From Limisphaerales bacterium (GTDB taxonomy: Bacteria; Verrucomicrobiota; Verrucomicrobiia; Limisphaerales; JAJOIW01), in the NCBI GenBank assembly GCA_965657355.1, contig CBFHOE010000003.1, positions 293,145-357,144 on the forward strand: 64,000 nucleotides of DNA, in the 5' to 3' direction. Below are positions 19,335-27,933 of this stretch, piece after piece. Under the pieces are notes generated by a model that had not been told where the DNA came from, searched no databases, and was given only the letters and a program-made list of their open reading frames with translations. Position 1 is the first letter of the stretch. The number at the start of each line of letters is the position of its first letter. Position numbers and translations under genes: made by a program.

Positions 19335-20513
19335 TTAGGCGCTGCCCGCTCTGCCTTGTTCGGCATTCTTCTTTTTATTCTTATGGGTGCTCAAGGGTGC
19401 CGTTTGAGCTGTCCTTTTGTAATCTTTCCATGCTTCCATTTGAGGCAGCAAGTTTGGCAATCGTGGTTCCAACGGATAAAGGCGGTGGAAAACACCGGTG
19501 GACGAGCCGGAGATGGGCGGCACGATCCATGACCATTCGGCCTGTACTTCGTGGCCTTGAGATCGCTCGCTCTCACAGTGGGCGAGGAATTCGCGTGAAG
19601 CTTGGTGGTGGTCCACCATGCGCACACCTTCACGGGCGAAGGAATGCAATACGGCTTCGTTGAGCACGAGCAGGGCACGGTCCTTCCACAGGTTTCTGCC
19701 AAGCTGCAATCCGAGCCGCTCTGCCACTTCTGGAAGGAGGTTGTAGCGGTCGGCATCGCCGAGGTTGCGGGCACCGATCTCAGTTCCCATGTACCAACCG
19801 TTGAAGGGGGCGCAGGGAAAGACATCGTCTAGCGTGACCAGCATCATGTCTGTGATCGCCGGCACGGCGTGCCATCGCAACCCGAGTTTCGCGAACCAGG
19901 GATATTCAGGGTGTTCAAGTTCGACCTCCAATACCACCTCGCGCGGCAATTCTCGGACGACAACCCGTCCGTCCACCTCGATGACCAAAGGCAGCAAATC
20001 GAAGCGTCCGGGGTCAACCGGTGGCGACCAGCCGAGTGAGCGGACCCGCTCGGTGAAGGCCACGTTCATGGGGTCGCCTAACACCGAGCCGTCCGGGCGG
20101 CGGTATCCGGCGTAGCGGATCAGCTGGTGGTTCCATATCCGAATGCTCGGATGCCCTTCCCGCCACTTGGCGAAAACCGTTTGCGTTGGAATGATGCGGC
20201 CACCGTTGGTGGCTACGCGCAGGTGTTCGACACAGGCCTCGAATACTTCGTCGGCATTATCCAGCGAGCGGGCGTCGACGACCTGCAGCGACCGCCAGTG
20301 CAGACGTCCGATGCAACGCACTGATTCGCGCCAGGCTAGGCGTGCGGCATCGGCCAGCTTCATCCCGCCGGAGCCGTCCGACATGCTTTGAACTAGCTTC
20401 CAAGCCTCGTCAGCCCGCCAGCGACGCGCATGATCGAAAACACCGGCGGCGTAAGGGCACTCACCGCCAGATGTCGCTGCGCCGGTCGGGTCTTTATCGG
20501 AGATCGGATCCAT
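19335..20513 (-). CDS. nos: Bacterial nitric-oxide synthase, oxygenase domain only
   Basis: The motifs WRESVRCIGRLHW (haem-thiolate Cys loop), IRIWNHQLIRYAGY, PFNGWYMGTEIGARN (substrate Glu) and WSWIVPPISGS are collinear with Bacillus subtilis NOS as I recall it. There is no reductase domain. Confidence 0.9.
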   Translation of the reverse strand: MDPISDKDPTGAATSGGECPYAAGVFDHARRWRADEAWKLVQSMSDGSGGMKLADAARLAWRESVRCIGRLHWRSLQVVDARSLDNADEVFEACVEHLRVATNGGRIIPTQTVFAKWREGHPSIRIWNHQLIRYAGYRRPDGSVLGDPMNVAFTERVRSLGWSPPVDPGRFDLLPLVIEVDGRVVVRELPREVVLEVELEHPEYPWFAKLGLRWHAVPAITDMMLVTLDDVFPCAPFNGWYMGTEIGARNLGDADRYNLLPEVAERLGLQLGRNLWKDRALLVLNEAVLHSFAREGVRMVDHHQASREFLAHCESERSQGHEVQAEWSWIVPPISGSSTGVFHRLYPLEPRLPNLLPQMEAWKDYKRTAQTAPLSTHKNKKKNAEQGRAGSA

Positions 20514-20864
20514 GAACCTTCAGGGATAGACCGGCAATAAGCGATGTAATGTACTGGTAGGAGATTGCTTTGAATCCTGCGGCCATCGCTTCACCAGAGG
20601 CCAGAGGTTGAAAAGTGTTCTGACTTAGTTTCCATCGGGCTGTTTCTTCGCCGAACGGTTTTATTATGCCGATAGCGATAATTTTGGGAATCGCTGGCGA
20701 TTTTCCGTTTTCCATGTGGTAAATTATCCAAAAAAAGGTAAAGAAGCAAATTGAGACCATTTTGGTTGGGTTTAATTTTAATAAAAAATTATCGTTATCG
20801 TTCATGAATCATAATTTTTGTTATTGGTTGCACTTGCTCGGAGATTAGGAGGAACTTAAGCCAT

Positions 20865-21422
20865 TTAAATCTTAACTATCTCAGCCACCTTCCTGGAGTT
20901 TGAATTCAGCAAATGGACATAAGTTCTCATAGCCAGTGTGACGCAATTCTCGTGACCAAGCCAACGTGATGCGGTTTTGATATCAACACGGCTCTCAATG
21001 CAACGTGTGGCGAACAAATGCCTGAAATCATGCAGCGTGAGACTCTTTCGCCCCATATCTTTAAAGGCCAATTATATTACCTTATTGAAGGTGACAATTG
21101 GTATTATTGCATCCTCCTCCCCAATGGGGAATCAACGATCTGAAAGTTCTGTTCGCAGTTGCTTGTAAATTTCTTCAACCCCACCAATGAATAGGACGTG
21201 CCTTTCTTGTATTTCGTGCTCACGCCCTTTGGCCGTTTTGATATAGGTCTCGCGATTATCACAATCGATATCGCCCCAAGTGATCGCTTTCGGTTCCAAC
21301 AATCGTGTTCCAGTTCGGGAAACAATTTCCAATGCCCAAATACCAATCCAAATAATGAGGCTTTGGATAGCATTGACTCTGCCGATGGAGTAGGACTCAA
21401 AAAGTTCAGCCAAGTATGCCAC
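20865..21422 (-). pseudogene. Tyrosine recombinase / phage-type integrase remnant (N-terminally truncated, two in-frame stops)
   Basis: One reading frame contains SRTGTRLLEPKAITWGDID (Arg-I box), then TGA (21132-21134), FPIGEEDAIIPIVTFNKVI, TAA (21072-21074), and LTLHDFRHLFAT...WLGH...RTYVHL (HxxR, GH and the catalytic Tyr). About 185 of the expected 350 or more codons remain. Confidence 0.75.
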
Positions 21423-21469
21423 ATACTCCCGTTTAGTGATGTCCTCGACCTCGACCTGAGATAGCGATA

Positions 21470-21961
21470 TATGAAATTGAGCTTCAGAAATTAGGGATCA
21501 TAACGGAGCTTTTTCAAAACCAAATCTTACCGGAGTTTGATTTATCAATTGCTGGAAACCAAAGTGTAGGAGGATCTCTTTTTAAAGACACAGGTGAATT
21601 TGAACTCAAACTAGGCCTGGAATTTAGTTTGCCTCTGCAAAGAAATAAGACCAAAGGCGCCATTGCATCCAATGCTGCAAAAGTTAATATGGAATTAGCT
21701 TCCGAAAATAGTGATTTGGCCATCGCTTTGAGAGAAATTGAATACGATAGATTTAGAATTGGTGCCACTAATTTATTATCTCCTCAGATTCGAGAGCAAA
21801 CTTCTCTCAAAGCCAGGCAAGAATGGATTAAGTCACAATACGATTACTATTTGGCTCTTGTGGACTTAATCATTGCTAGTGCAGTAAATTTCAGGCAATA
21901 CAAGGATTCACAGAAGGGGGTTTTCGACATAGCTTCCCAATGGGATAATATAGCCAATTGA
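21470..21961 (+). pseudogene. 3' remnant of a TolC-family outer-membrane efflux protein gene
   Basis: The frame is open from 21440 with no credible start. The translation ...LSIAGNQSVGGSLFKDTGEFELKLGLEFSLPLQRNKTKGAI...EIEYDRFRIGATNLL...QEWIKSQYDYYLALVDL is the last ~165 aa of a ~450-aa OEP/TolC repeat protein. Confidence 0.65.
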
Positions 21962-22247
21962 GTTTTTACTTCCCAAGACTCTGCTCATTTCATGTCAGCC
22001 AAGAGCCCTGTCTTTTGTTCGAAGAGAACGGTTAAATTGTTTTCCTTGTTTCTTGCATCGCAGGTAGTAAATTTAACTCTCGTCATGGCGGTAAAGATTC
22101 TCACCAACACGGCTAAAGAGTGGTTTCTTCTCAGATGAGCTAGGCCTGCTGAGTGTTGTTTTGGGACTACCCATTATCCCATCATAGGGATGCAACTCTG
22201 GAATTGTGTGAGTGTGAGAAATTGAAATTGCCAACAGCCCGTAGGCT

Positions 22248-22323
22248 GTCCCTGTAGTTCAAATGGATAGAACGACGCTCTCCTAAAGCGAAGATCTGGG
22301 TTCAATTCCCGGCGGGGGCACCA
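22248..22323 (+). tRNA. tRNA-Arg: tRNA-Arg (anticodon CCT)
   Basis: Cloverleaf folded by hand. The acceptor GTCCCTG pairs with CGGGGGC (two G-U pairs). The D arm is GTTC/GAAC. The anticodon arm is ACGCT/AGCGA with loop CT-CCT-AA. The T arm is CTGGG-TTCAATT-CCCGG. The discriminator is A and CCA is encoded. Total length is 76 nt. Confidence 0.9.
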
Positions 22324-22373
22324 TCTCTTCTTTCTTGCCCGTTGCTTTAATGGGATTTAAATTTTCTTATCTC

Positions 22374-24284
22374 ATGTGTAAGCAACGAAAAAAAAGTGGC
22401 AAAAATCATCAAAATAAGCGTAAGGCAACGTGCGGCTTGGTTTGTTTGATTACTTTTCTATTTCTTGCCTGCACCCCTGAAAGCCAAGATGGAGTCGAAA
22501 AATCTGGAGGAGAGAAAATTGAGTCAGCCGTTGCTGTGGATGCTCAGGACCTAATCGATGAGATAGTGACTGCCCCTGGCCTTGGTAACGAGAATATCAC
22601 TTATGTCGCTCCTCTTGCTGATGCATACAGCCGAATCGATCCCACGCGAGACGGGTGGGAAAGTGAGGCTTTCAGCGAAGCCGCCTCCAAGCAATTGAAA
22701 AATCTGGCAAAGGATCTGACAAATCCAAAAAAGGTCAAAACAGGACAATTTTACAATATTTTTGGATCTAGCCCATCTCTCAAGGTTCTACCTGAAGATG
22801 TAAAACCATTTTATTCCGACGATGTTTTCCAAATCAATCGTGGCGATCTTGAGCAGCTGAAGGAATTCAATGATCCAAAGCAGGCCATCAAGGCTCTGAT
22901 GGCACCAATATTGCAGTCTGAAATCATTCAGACAGGAGTTAAACTTTATAAAATTGAGCCGCGGACTGAGGGCGTCTTCACGCGTGTGATATTCCATGCG
23001 ACTGGGGAGTCAGAATCTGGTCGCATGCAAATTAACACAGAGTTTGATTGCTTGTGGGAGCCTAACGTCAAAAAGCCAATGCTCGAAAAAATGACATTGT
23101 CGTCCTATGAAGAGGCCATTCGAAAGAGTAAAGATGGGGATCCTTTGTTCTCTGATGTTACCGAAGCTGTTTTTGATGGAAATGATGTTTATATAAAGCA
23201 CTTGATGCGAAGTACGGACCATTGGAGATCCAGAATACCCAGAATATATGGATTGGACGTTGTGGCCAATCACGGCATAGCACTCGGAGATGTCAATGGT
23301 GATGGATTGGATGACCTCTACCTTTGTCAACAAGGTGGCTTGCCTAACCGATTATTTATTCAAAAACCAGATGGGGCGCTGGCAGATTTTACTGAAGAAA
23401 GTGAAACAGGCTGGTTGGATTATTGCTCCAGTTCTCTCATCATAGACGTCGATAATGATGGGCATAGAGATCTGGTTATCGCTCAGGATTTTAATCTCAT
23501 TTTTATGCGGAACAATGGAGAGGCCAAGTTTGAGCAAATTTTAAGAATTCCAGCCCATGCCCAAACTTTCTCTATAACTGCCGCTGACTATGATGAGGAC
23601 GGGGATCTAGATATTTTTGCTTGTGGATATAACCCATCAGGAGATCGGATACGTACGGGGGCACTTGGAGAACCCATGCCTTATCATGATGCACAAAACG
23701 GGGGTAGAAACATTTTTCTCGAAAACCAAGGGGATTGGGCATTTGTCGAGAAAACGTCCGAAGTCGGTTTCGATCAAAATAATAATAGATTTAGTTTTGC
23801 GGCGACATGGGTTGATTTTGACAATGACAATGATCTAGATCTTTATGTTGCCAATGACTACGGCCGAAATAATCTTTACAGAAATATTGGAGGTAAATTT
23901 CAGGACGCAGCCGCTGAGTTGGGTGTCGAAGATATGTCCGCAGGAATGTCAACCAATTGGGCTGATTTTAATCGTGACGGTGCCTTAGACCTTTATGTAA
24001 GTAATATGTTTTCGGCAGCGGGAAACAGAATTACTTTCCAGCGTCAATTTAAGCCGGGTACCTCCACTTCTCTAAAGGCACAATACCAGCGCCATGCAAG
24101 GGGGAACAGTCTCTTTCAGGGAAGTCCAGACGGAGGCCCGTTTCTGGATATTAGTGAATCCCAGGGAGTTGCCATAGGAAGATGGGCCTGGGGTTCCAGA
24201 TTCACCGACATCAATGGCGATGGATGGGAAGACATTGTCGTCGCCAATGGTTTCATATCCACCGAAGACACAGGTGATTTGTGA
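22374..24284 (+). CDS. FG-GAP/VCBS-repeat (CRTAC1-like) lipoprotein, N-terminal part of a frame that continues past an in-frame TGA
   Basis: The ATG at 22374 gives a lipoprotein signal (LITFLFLAC). Repeated xDxNGDGxxDL(Y/V) FG-GAP motifs are present (GDVNGDGLDDLYL, DVDNDGHRDLVI, DYDEDGDLDIF, DFDNDNDLDLYV, DFNRDGALDLYV, DINGDGWEDIVV). The frame stops at TGA 24282-24284. Confidence 0.8.
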   Translation: MCKQRKKSGKNHQNKRKATCGLVCLITFLFLACTPESQDGVEKSGGEKIESAVAVDAQDLIDEIVTAPGLGNENITYVAPLADAYSRIDPTRDGWESEAFSEAASKQLKNLAKDLTNPKKVKTGQFYNIFGSSPSLKVLPEDVKPFYSDDVFQINRGDLEQLKEFNDPKQAIKALMAPILQSEIIQTGVKLYKIEPRTEGVFTRVIFHATGESESGRMQINTEFDCLWEPNVKKPMLEKMTLSSYEEAIRKSKDGDPLFSDVTEAVFDGNDVYIKHLMRSTDHWRSRIPRIYGLDVVANHGIALGDVNGDGLDDLYLCQQGGLPNRLFIQKPDGALADFTEESETGWLDYCSSSLIIDVDNDGHRDLVIAQDFNLIFMRNNGEAKFEQILRIPAHAQTFSITAADYDEDGDLDIFACGYNPSGDRIRTGALGEPMPYHDAQNGGRNIFLENQGDWAFVEKTSEVGFDQNNNRFSFAATWVDFDNDNDLDLYVANDYGRNNLYRNIGGKFQDAAAELGVEDMSAGMSTNWADFNRDGALDLYVSNMFSAAGNRITFQRQFKPGTSTSLKAQYQRHARGNSLFQGSPDGGPFLDISESQGVAIGRWAWGSRFTDINGDGWEDIVVANGFISTEDTGDL

Positions 24285-24291
24285 AGTGTCT

Positions 24292-24315
24292 ATTGGCGGC
24301 AGGTCGTGTCGCAAT
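24292..24315 (+). promoter_or_regulatory. SECIS-like stem-loop 7 nt downstream of the in-frame TGA
   Basis: Pairs 24292-24294 with 24313-24315, G24295 is bulged, and 24296-24301 pair with 24307-24312 (one G-U pair). The apical loop is GGUCG. The loop GGU lies at +21 to +23 counting the U of UGA as +1. Confidence 0.35.
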
Positions 24316-26252
24316 CACCAGTTGGAAAAATTACCCCAGAAAATACTTTGAAATATCGACAAGGCTGGATGGCCCTTAACCGATTGCTTCATGAGGACCG
24401 TTCATTCAGTGGCAATGAAAGAAATTGTGCTTTTTTAAATTGCGGGGGAGGAAGTTTTGCTGACGTCTCGTCGGTTACTGGATTTGACTTTACAGACGAT
24501 GCCAGGAGTTTGGTTGTTTCCGATTGGGATTTTGACGGAGACCTTGATATATGGACCACAGCAAGGACGGCCCCTCGACTGCGGCTTCTTCTAAACGACT
24601 CTAAATCAAACTCGGATTGGATTTCTATCAAGTTAGTTGGAGATAGAAAAAAGATAAATCTGGATGCCATTGGAGCGAGAGCCGAGCTCTATATTTCCGG
24701 GCAACTTATCCCATTCATCAAAACAGTTCATGCAGGTGATGCCTTCTTATCTCAAAATTCAAGCTGGCTACATTTTGCATTTCCCGAAGGATCCCAAGTT
24801 GAAAAATTGGTTGTGCGCTGGCCGGGAGGAATTTTAGAAACCTTTGACACGGGGCTGACGCAAGGAAATAAGTATTTGGTTTCTCCAGGTGGGCGACCTT
24901 TGGAATGGAAACCTCCAATAAACCGCAAGTCTTTAATTCCATCCCAACCCAAATTAGCTAAACCCGATCCTACAGCTCGCATTGTTGTTTCTGGGCGCAT
25001 GCCATTGCCTCCAATATACGTTGTGGAGAATGGAACGGAATCTGAATACCCAGTAACTCAACTTAAAGGGCCTCTTCTCATTAATCTATGGGCCAGCTGG
25101 TGCGCTCCATGCAGGGTAGAACTCAAATCATGGGTGGGGCATTCAGAGGATTTTGAACAGGCTGGCTTACGATTACTGGCTCTCAACTCAGAAATAGCTT
25201 CTAAATCTGCAGCTGATAAGTTTTTAAAATCAATAAATTTTGGTTTTGAATCTCGTGATACCTCACCAAAAACGGTTCGCAACCTCGATTTATTTCAAAG
25301 ATCGATGCTGGATAGATGGACGGACCTGCCTGTTCCGAGTAGTTTCCTCTTAGACAAGTCGGGAAGGGTTGCCGTCATATACAAAGGCCCAGTTGAAGCA
25401 AAACAGATCCTTTCGGATTTGGAGCTTTTGGGAATGTCTCCAACTGAAGTCAGGGATGCTTCAGTCCCATTTGCTGGTCGATGGAGTTTTCCTCCCGCGA
25501 GCGGTAATCCGCTTTTAGTCAATTCGCAATTTGTCTCTGCAAATGAATACAACGAAGGCGTTGTTTATCTAAAACGATATGCCACGTTAGCTCAGGATAC
25601 TGGTCAACTTTCTCAAAAGGGACTCGGAGATGTCCATTATGTGATAGGCGTTATCGAAAGGAATAATGGAAATTTGCAAGGAGCCGAGGAGACCCTAGTT
25701 AAAGCGCAGCAATTTTCGCCAGATGATTTTCGTATACAGCGTGATTTGGCAGAGCTCTTTATCGAAACTCGGCAATTCGGAAATGCCTCTGAGCAAGTTT
25801 CCAAAATGATGTCTCATGCACCCCAGAACACAGAAGCTAAAAGACTCCAGGGACAAGTCTTAATGGGAAAAGCTAATCAGCTGAACGAGGCAGGCGAAGC
25901 AGCAAAAGCAATCCCACTATACCGGTCTGCTCTGCGTGCAAATAACAAGCTTTTGTCTGCCGCAAATAATCTTTCTCTTATTCTCTCTACATCTGCTGAC
26001 CCAGATTTGCGAAACCCTGAAGAAGCTAAAGCTCTTGGTCAAGTCCTTTGCCGATTAACTAAAAACAAAAATCCTGAGTATTTGGAGACATATGCTTTTG
26101 CTCACGCCAGCGCTGGAGATTTTCAGAGCGCGTTGAAATTCTCAAAGGCGGCTCGCAAATTATACGAGGCTGCCAATAATCAATCCAAGGTCTCCGAGAT
26201 AGATGCACGCATTAGAGATTATGAGGAGACTAAATCTCAGCCAAAGCCGTGA
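24306..26252 (+). CDS. ASPIC/UnbV domain + TlpA-like thioredoxin (WCAPC) + TPR region; same frame as 22374-24284
   Basis: GNERNCAFLN...DWDFDGDLDIW...GARAELYISG...AGDAFLSQNSSWLHFAF...LVVRWPGG is an ASPIC/UnbV domain. It is followed by LINLWASWCAPCRVEL (redoxin CxxC) and C-terminal TPR-like helices. There is no ATG or RBS of its own. Codons 24285-24305 (SVYWRQV) are open and in frame with the upstream ORF. Confidence 0.75.
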   Translation: MSQSPVGKITPENTLKYRQGWMALNRLLHEDRSFSGNERNCAFLNCGGGSFADVSSVTGFDFTDDARSLVVSDWDFDGDLDIWTTARTAPRLRLLLNDSKSNSDWISIKLVGDRKKINLDAIGARAELYISGQLIPFIKTVHAGDAFLSQNSSWLHFAFPEGSQVEKLVVRWPGGILETFDTGLTQGNKYLVSPGGRPLEWKPPINRKSLIPSQPKLAKPDPTARIVVSGRMPLPPIYVVENGTESEYPVTQLKGPLLINLWASWCAPCRVELKSWVGHSEDFEQAGLRLLALNSEIASKSAADKFLKSINFGFESRDTSPKTVRNLDLFQRSMLDRWTDLPVPSSFLLDKSGRVAVIYKGPVEAKQILSDLELLGMSPTEVRDASVPFAGRWSFPPASGNPLLVNSQFVSANEYNEGVVYLKRYATLAQDTGQLSQKGLGDVHYVIGVIERNNGNLQGAEETLVKAQQFSPDDFRIQRDLAELFIETRQFGNASEQVSKMMSHAPQNTEAKRLQGQVLMGKANQLNEAGEAAKAIPLYRSALRANNKLLSAANNLSLILSTSADPDLRNPEEAKALGQVLCRLTKNKNPEYLETYAFAHASAGDFQSALKFSKAARKLYEAANNQSKVSEIDARIRDYEETKSQPKP

Positions 26253-26304
26253 TTTTCAAGTTGGTGTTTTTATTTGGCTTCCTTTCATTTAAAAAATCGG
26301 ATTT

Positions 26305-26646
26305 ATGGAAGAACAAAAATTGAATTCTTTCCGTTCGCAATTGCTCAGGCTGAAGACCGAGCTTGAGAATCTGAGTCAATCCTCTAGCGAGCAAGCGAAG
26401 CCGGTTACTCTCGACCAGACAAGTGTTGGCCGGCTCTCCAGGATGGATTCTATCCAAGGGCAGCAAATGGCCATAGAGCTGAAAAGAAGGCGCCAATCTC
26501 AATTAGCCAAAATTAAAGCAGCACTCAAAAGAATTGATGACGGAAAATATGGCTTTTGTTTAGGCTGCAAAAATCAAATTAATAGACACCGTCTCGAATT
26601 CGATCCGACGCACACCCTTTGCGTAGATTGCGCAGAAAAAATCTGA
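26305..26646 (+). CDS. DksA/TraR-family C4 zinc-finger protein
   Basis: 113 aa. A coiled-coil N-terminal half is followed by CLGCKNQI...LCVDC, a four-Cys finger. Confidence 0.8.
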   Translation: MEEQKLNSFRSQLLRLKTELENLSQSSSEQAKPVTLDQTSVGRLSRMDSIQGQQMAIELKRRRQSQLAKIKAALKRIDDGKYGFCLGCKNQINRHRLEFDPTHTLCVDCAEKI

Positions 26647-27524
26647 TAATGAGGATGACCCGTCTGGTTTAACCTTGGTGGCATATAAGCTATTCTCTAA
26701 AACATCTATGGATGTCATTACCCAATTATTATTCGGGATTACCAATGTCGCTTTTTAATTTTTGTTCCTGCATTGTTCTTCTTTCCACGGGCACATCCCG
26801 ATGGCTTTCAAGAAATTACGTCAAAATTTCCCGCTTCGGATGACCAACCCATTAGTGAAATAACGGATGCCCTTTCGGATGGCTTTTCCATGGTGCTTTC
26901 TGGCATATTCTCCGCTAAATCTTTTCTTTTTGTGGTTTTGAGAGGGGCCCGTTTGAATAAAATAACCAGGCTATTTCCCTGATGTTTTCTCCTAATAAGA
27001 CTTATCTTGCCTTCCATTTCACTCACTTATTTGGATATCTCATTTTACGCTTTCTTGGCGCCAGACGACGCTTCTGTCCAGGAACTCCAACGGTAATTTG
27101 CAGTTCTTTAACGATCCCTGCTCGCATAGAAGTAATCTCAAATTAAATAAATATATTCATCAATGCCCTACCTTTGCTGGCCACATATACATCCCTGAAC
27201 CGGTTCTCCCAGGGTATTCCCGATCGCTTCATTGGTGCTATATACCAATCGGTGAAAAATTCCTCAGCTTGCATCGGGTTGTGAAAGTAAGCCTGTTCCT
27301 GATCTTCAAAAATAATTCTCCATTCACCACGCGGCCCGCCTGAAGAACAACCCGGCCCCAAAACTTAAATATCCGACTAGATCTGGGGGAGCTCATAACA
27401 TTCAGAAAATAGAAATGTTAATAATTTTGTTTCAAACACCAGTTTATATAAAAAAAATTAAAATCGGCTTGCAAGTCAATGGTTCAGCTGTTTTACTTCT
27501 TGCCCTTTTAAATTGGGAATCATT

Positions 27525-27788
27525 ATGGCACGAATTTGTCCATTAACCGGTAAGAGGCCTGTAAAAGGTCGTAGTATAGTTCGCAGCGGTAAAGCGAAAA
27601 AAGAAGGTGGTATAGGCACGCACGTTGTTAAATCGACGAAGCGCAAGTGGTATCCGAACCTGCAGCGTGTGAAATGTGTCATCGACGGCGAGGTGCGGTA
27701 TGTTCGCGTAGCAGCGAGTGCTATCAAAAAGGGGCTAGTGGTAAAGCCGCCAAAACGAACCTGGAAGCCAAAATCAGAACGCGACTAA
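27525..27788 (+). CDS. rpmB: 50S ribosomal protein L28
   Basis: MARICPLTGKRPVKGRSIVRSGKAKKEGGIG...RKWYPNLQRV is the L28 signature. The ATG at 27525 is preferred over the TTG at 27513. Confidence 0.9.
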   Translation: MARICPLTGKRPVKGRSIVRSGKAKKEGGIGTHVVKSTKRKWYPNLQRVKCVIDGEVRYVRVAASAIKKGLVVKPPKRTWKPKSERD

Positions 27789-27832
27789 AATCGAGTCCCA
27801 CTTCAAAAAGCTGAATAATTTAATTTCTGAGA

Positions 27833-27863
27833 GCCCCTAGAGTCCCTAGGGGCTTTTATTTTT
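27833..27863 (+). terminator. Intrinsic terminator after rpmB
   Basis: The 8-bp stem GCCCCTAG (27833-27840) pairs with CTAGGGGC (27846-27853) around a 5-nt loop, followed by TTTTATTTTT. Confidence 0.8.
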
Positions 27864-27933
27864 GTCAGCACTGTGATACTTTTACCAAGGTCTGCGAATA
27901 TGAAATGGAGTGAAAAAGGAGGGCCTTCTCGAA

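Noticed and set aside
19391-20391. Several long ORFs (60-144 codons) in alternative frames and on the opposite strand across the NOS gene (for example 19391-19825 -, 19765-20115 +, 20143-20391 +).
   Set aside because: They all lie inside the GC-rich NOS coding region, where stop codons are rare by composition. Their translations are Arg/Pro/Ser/Gly-rich with no motifs, whereas the 392-aa frame carries the full NOS signature.
20494-20805. A 103-codon minus-strand ORF immediately upstream of the NOS start and overlapping it by 20 nt; considered as a co-translated partner.
   Set aside because: Its composition shifts from very AT-rich to GC-rich along its length, so it probably spans a junction. 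One hydrophobic stretch is the only feature. I kept it as a note in the island finding rather than as a gene call.
24282-24284. The in-frame TGA read as a sign of an alternative genetic code (UGA = Trp or Gly).
   Set aside because: TGA plainly terminates other well-supported genes in this window, for example the 689-aa gene at 4963-4965, immediately before the mglA ATG. Standard code 11 applies. Only local recoding or a mutation remains plausible.
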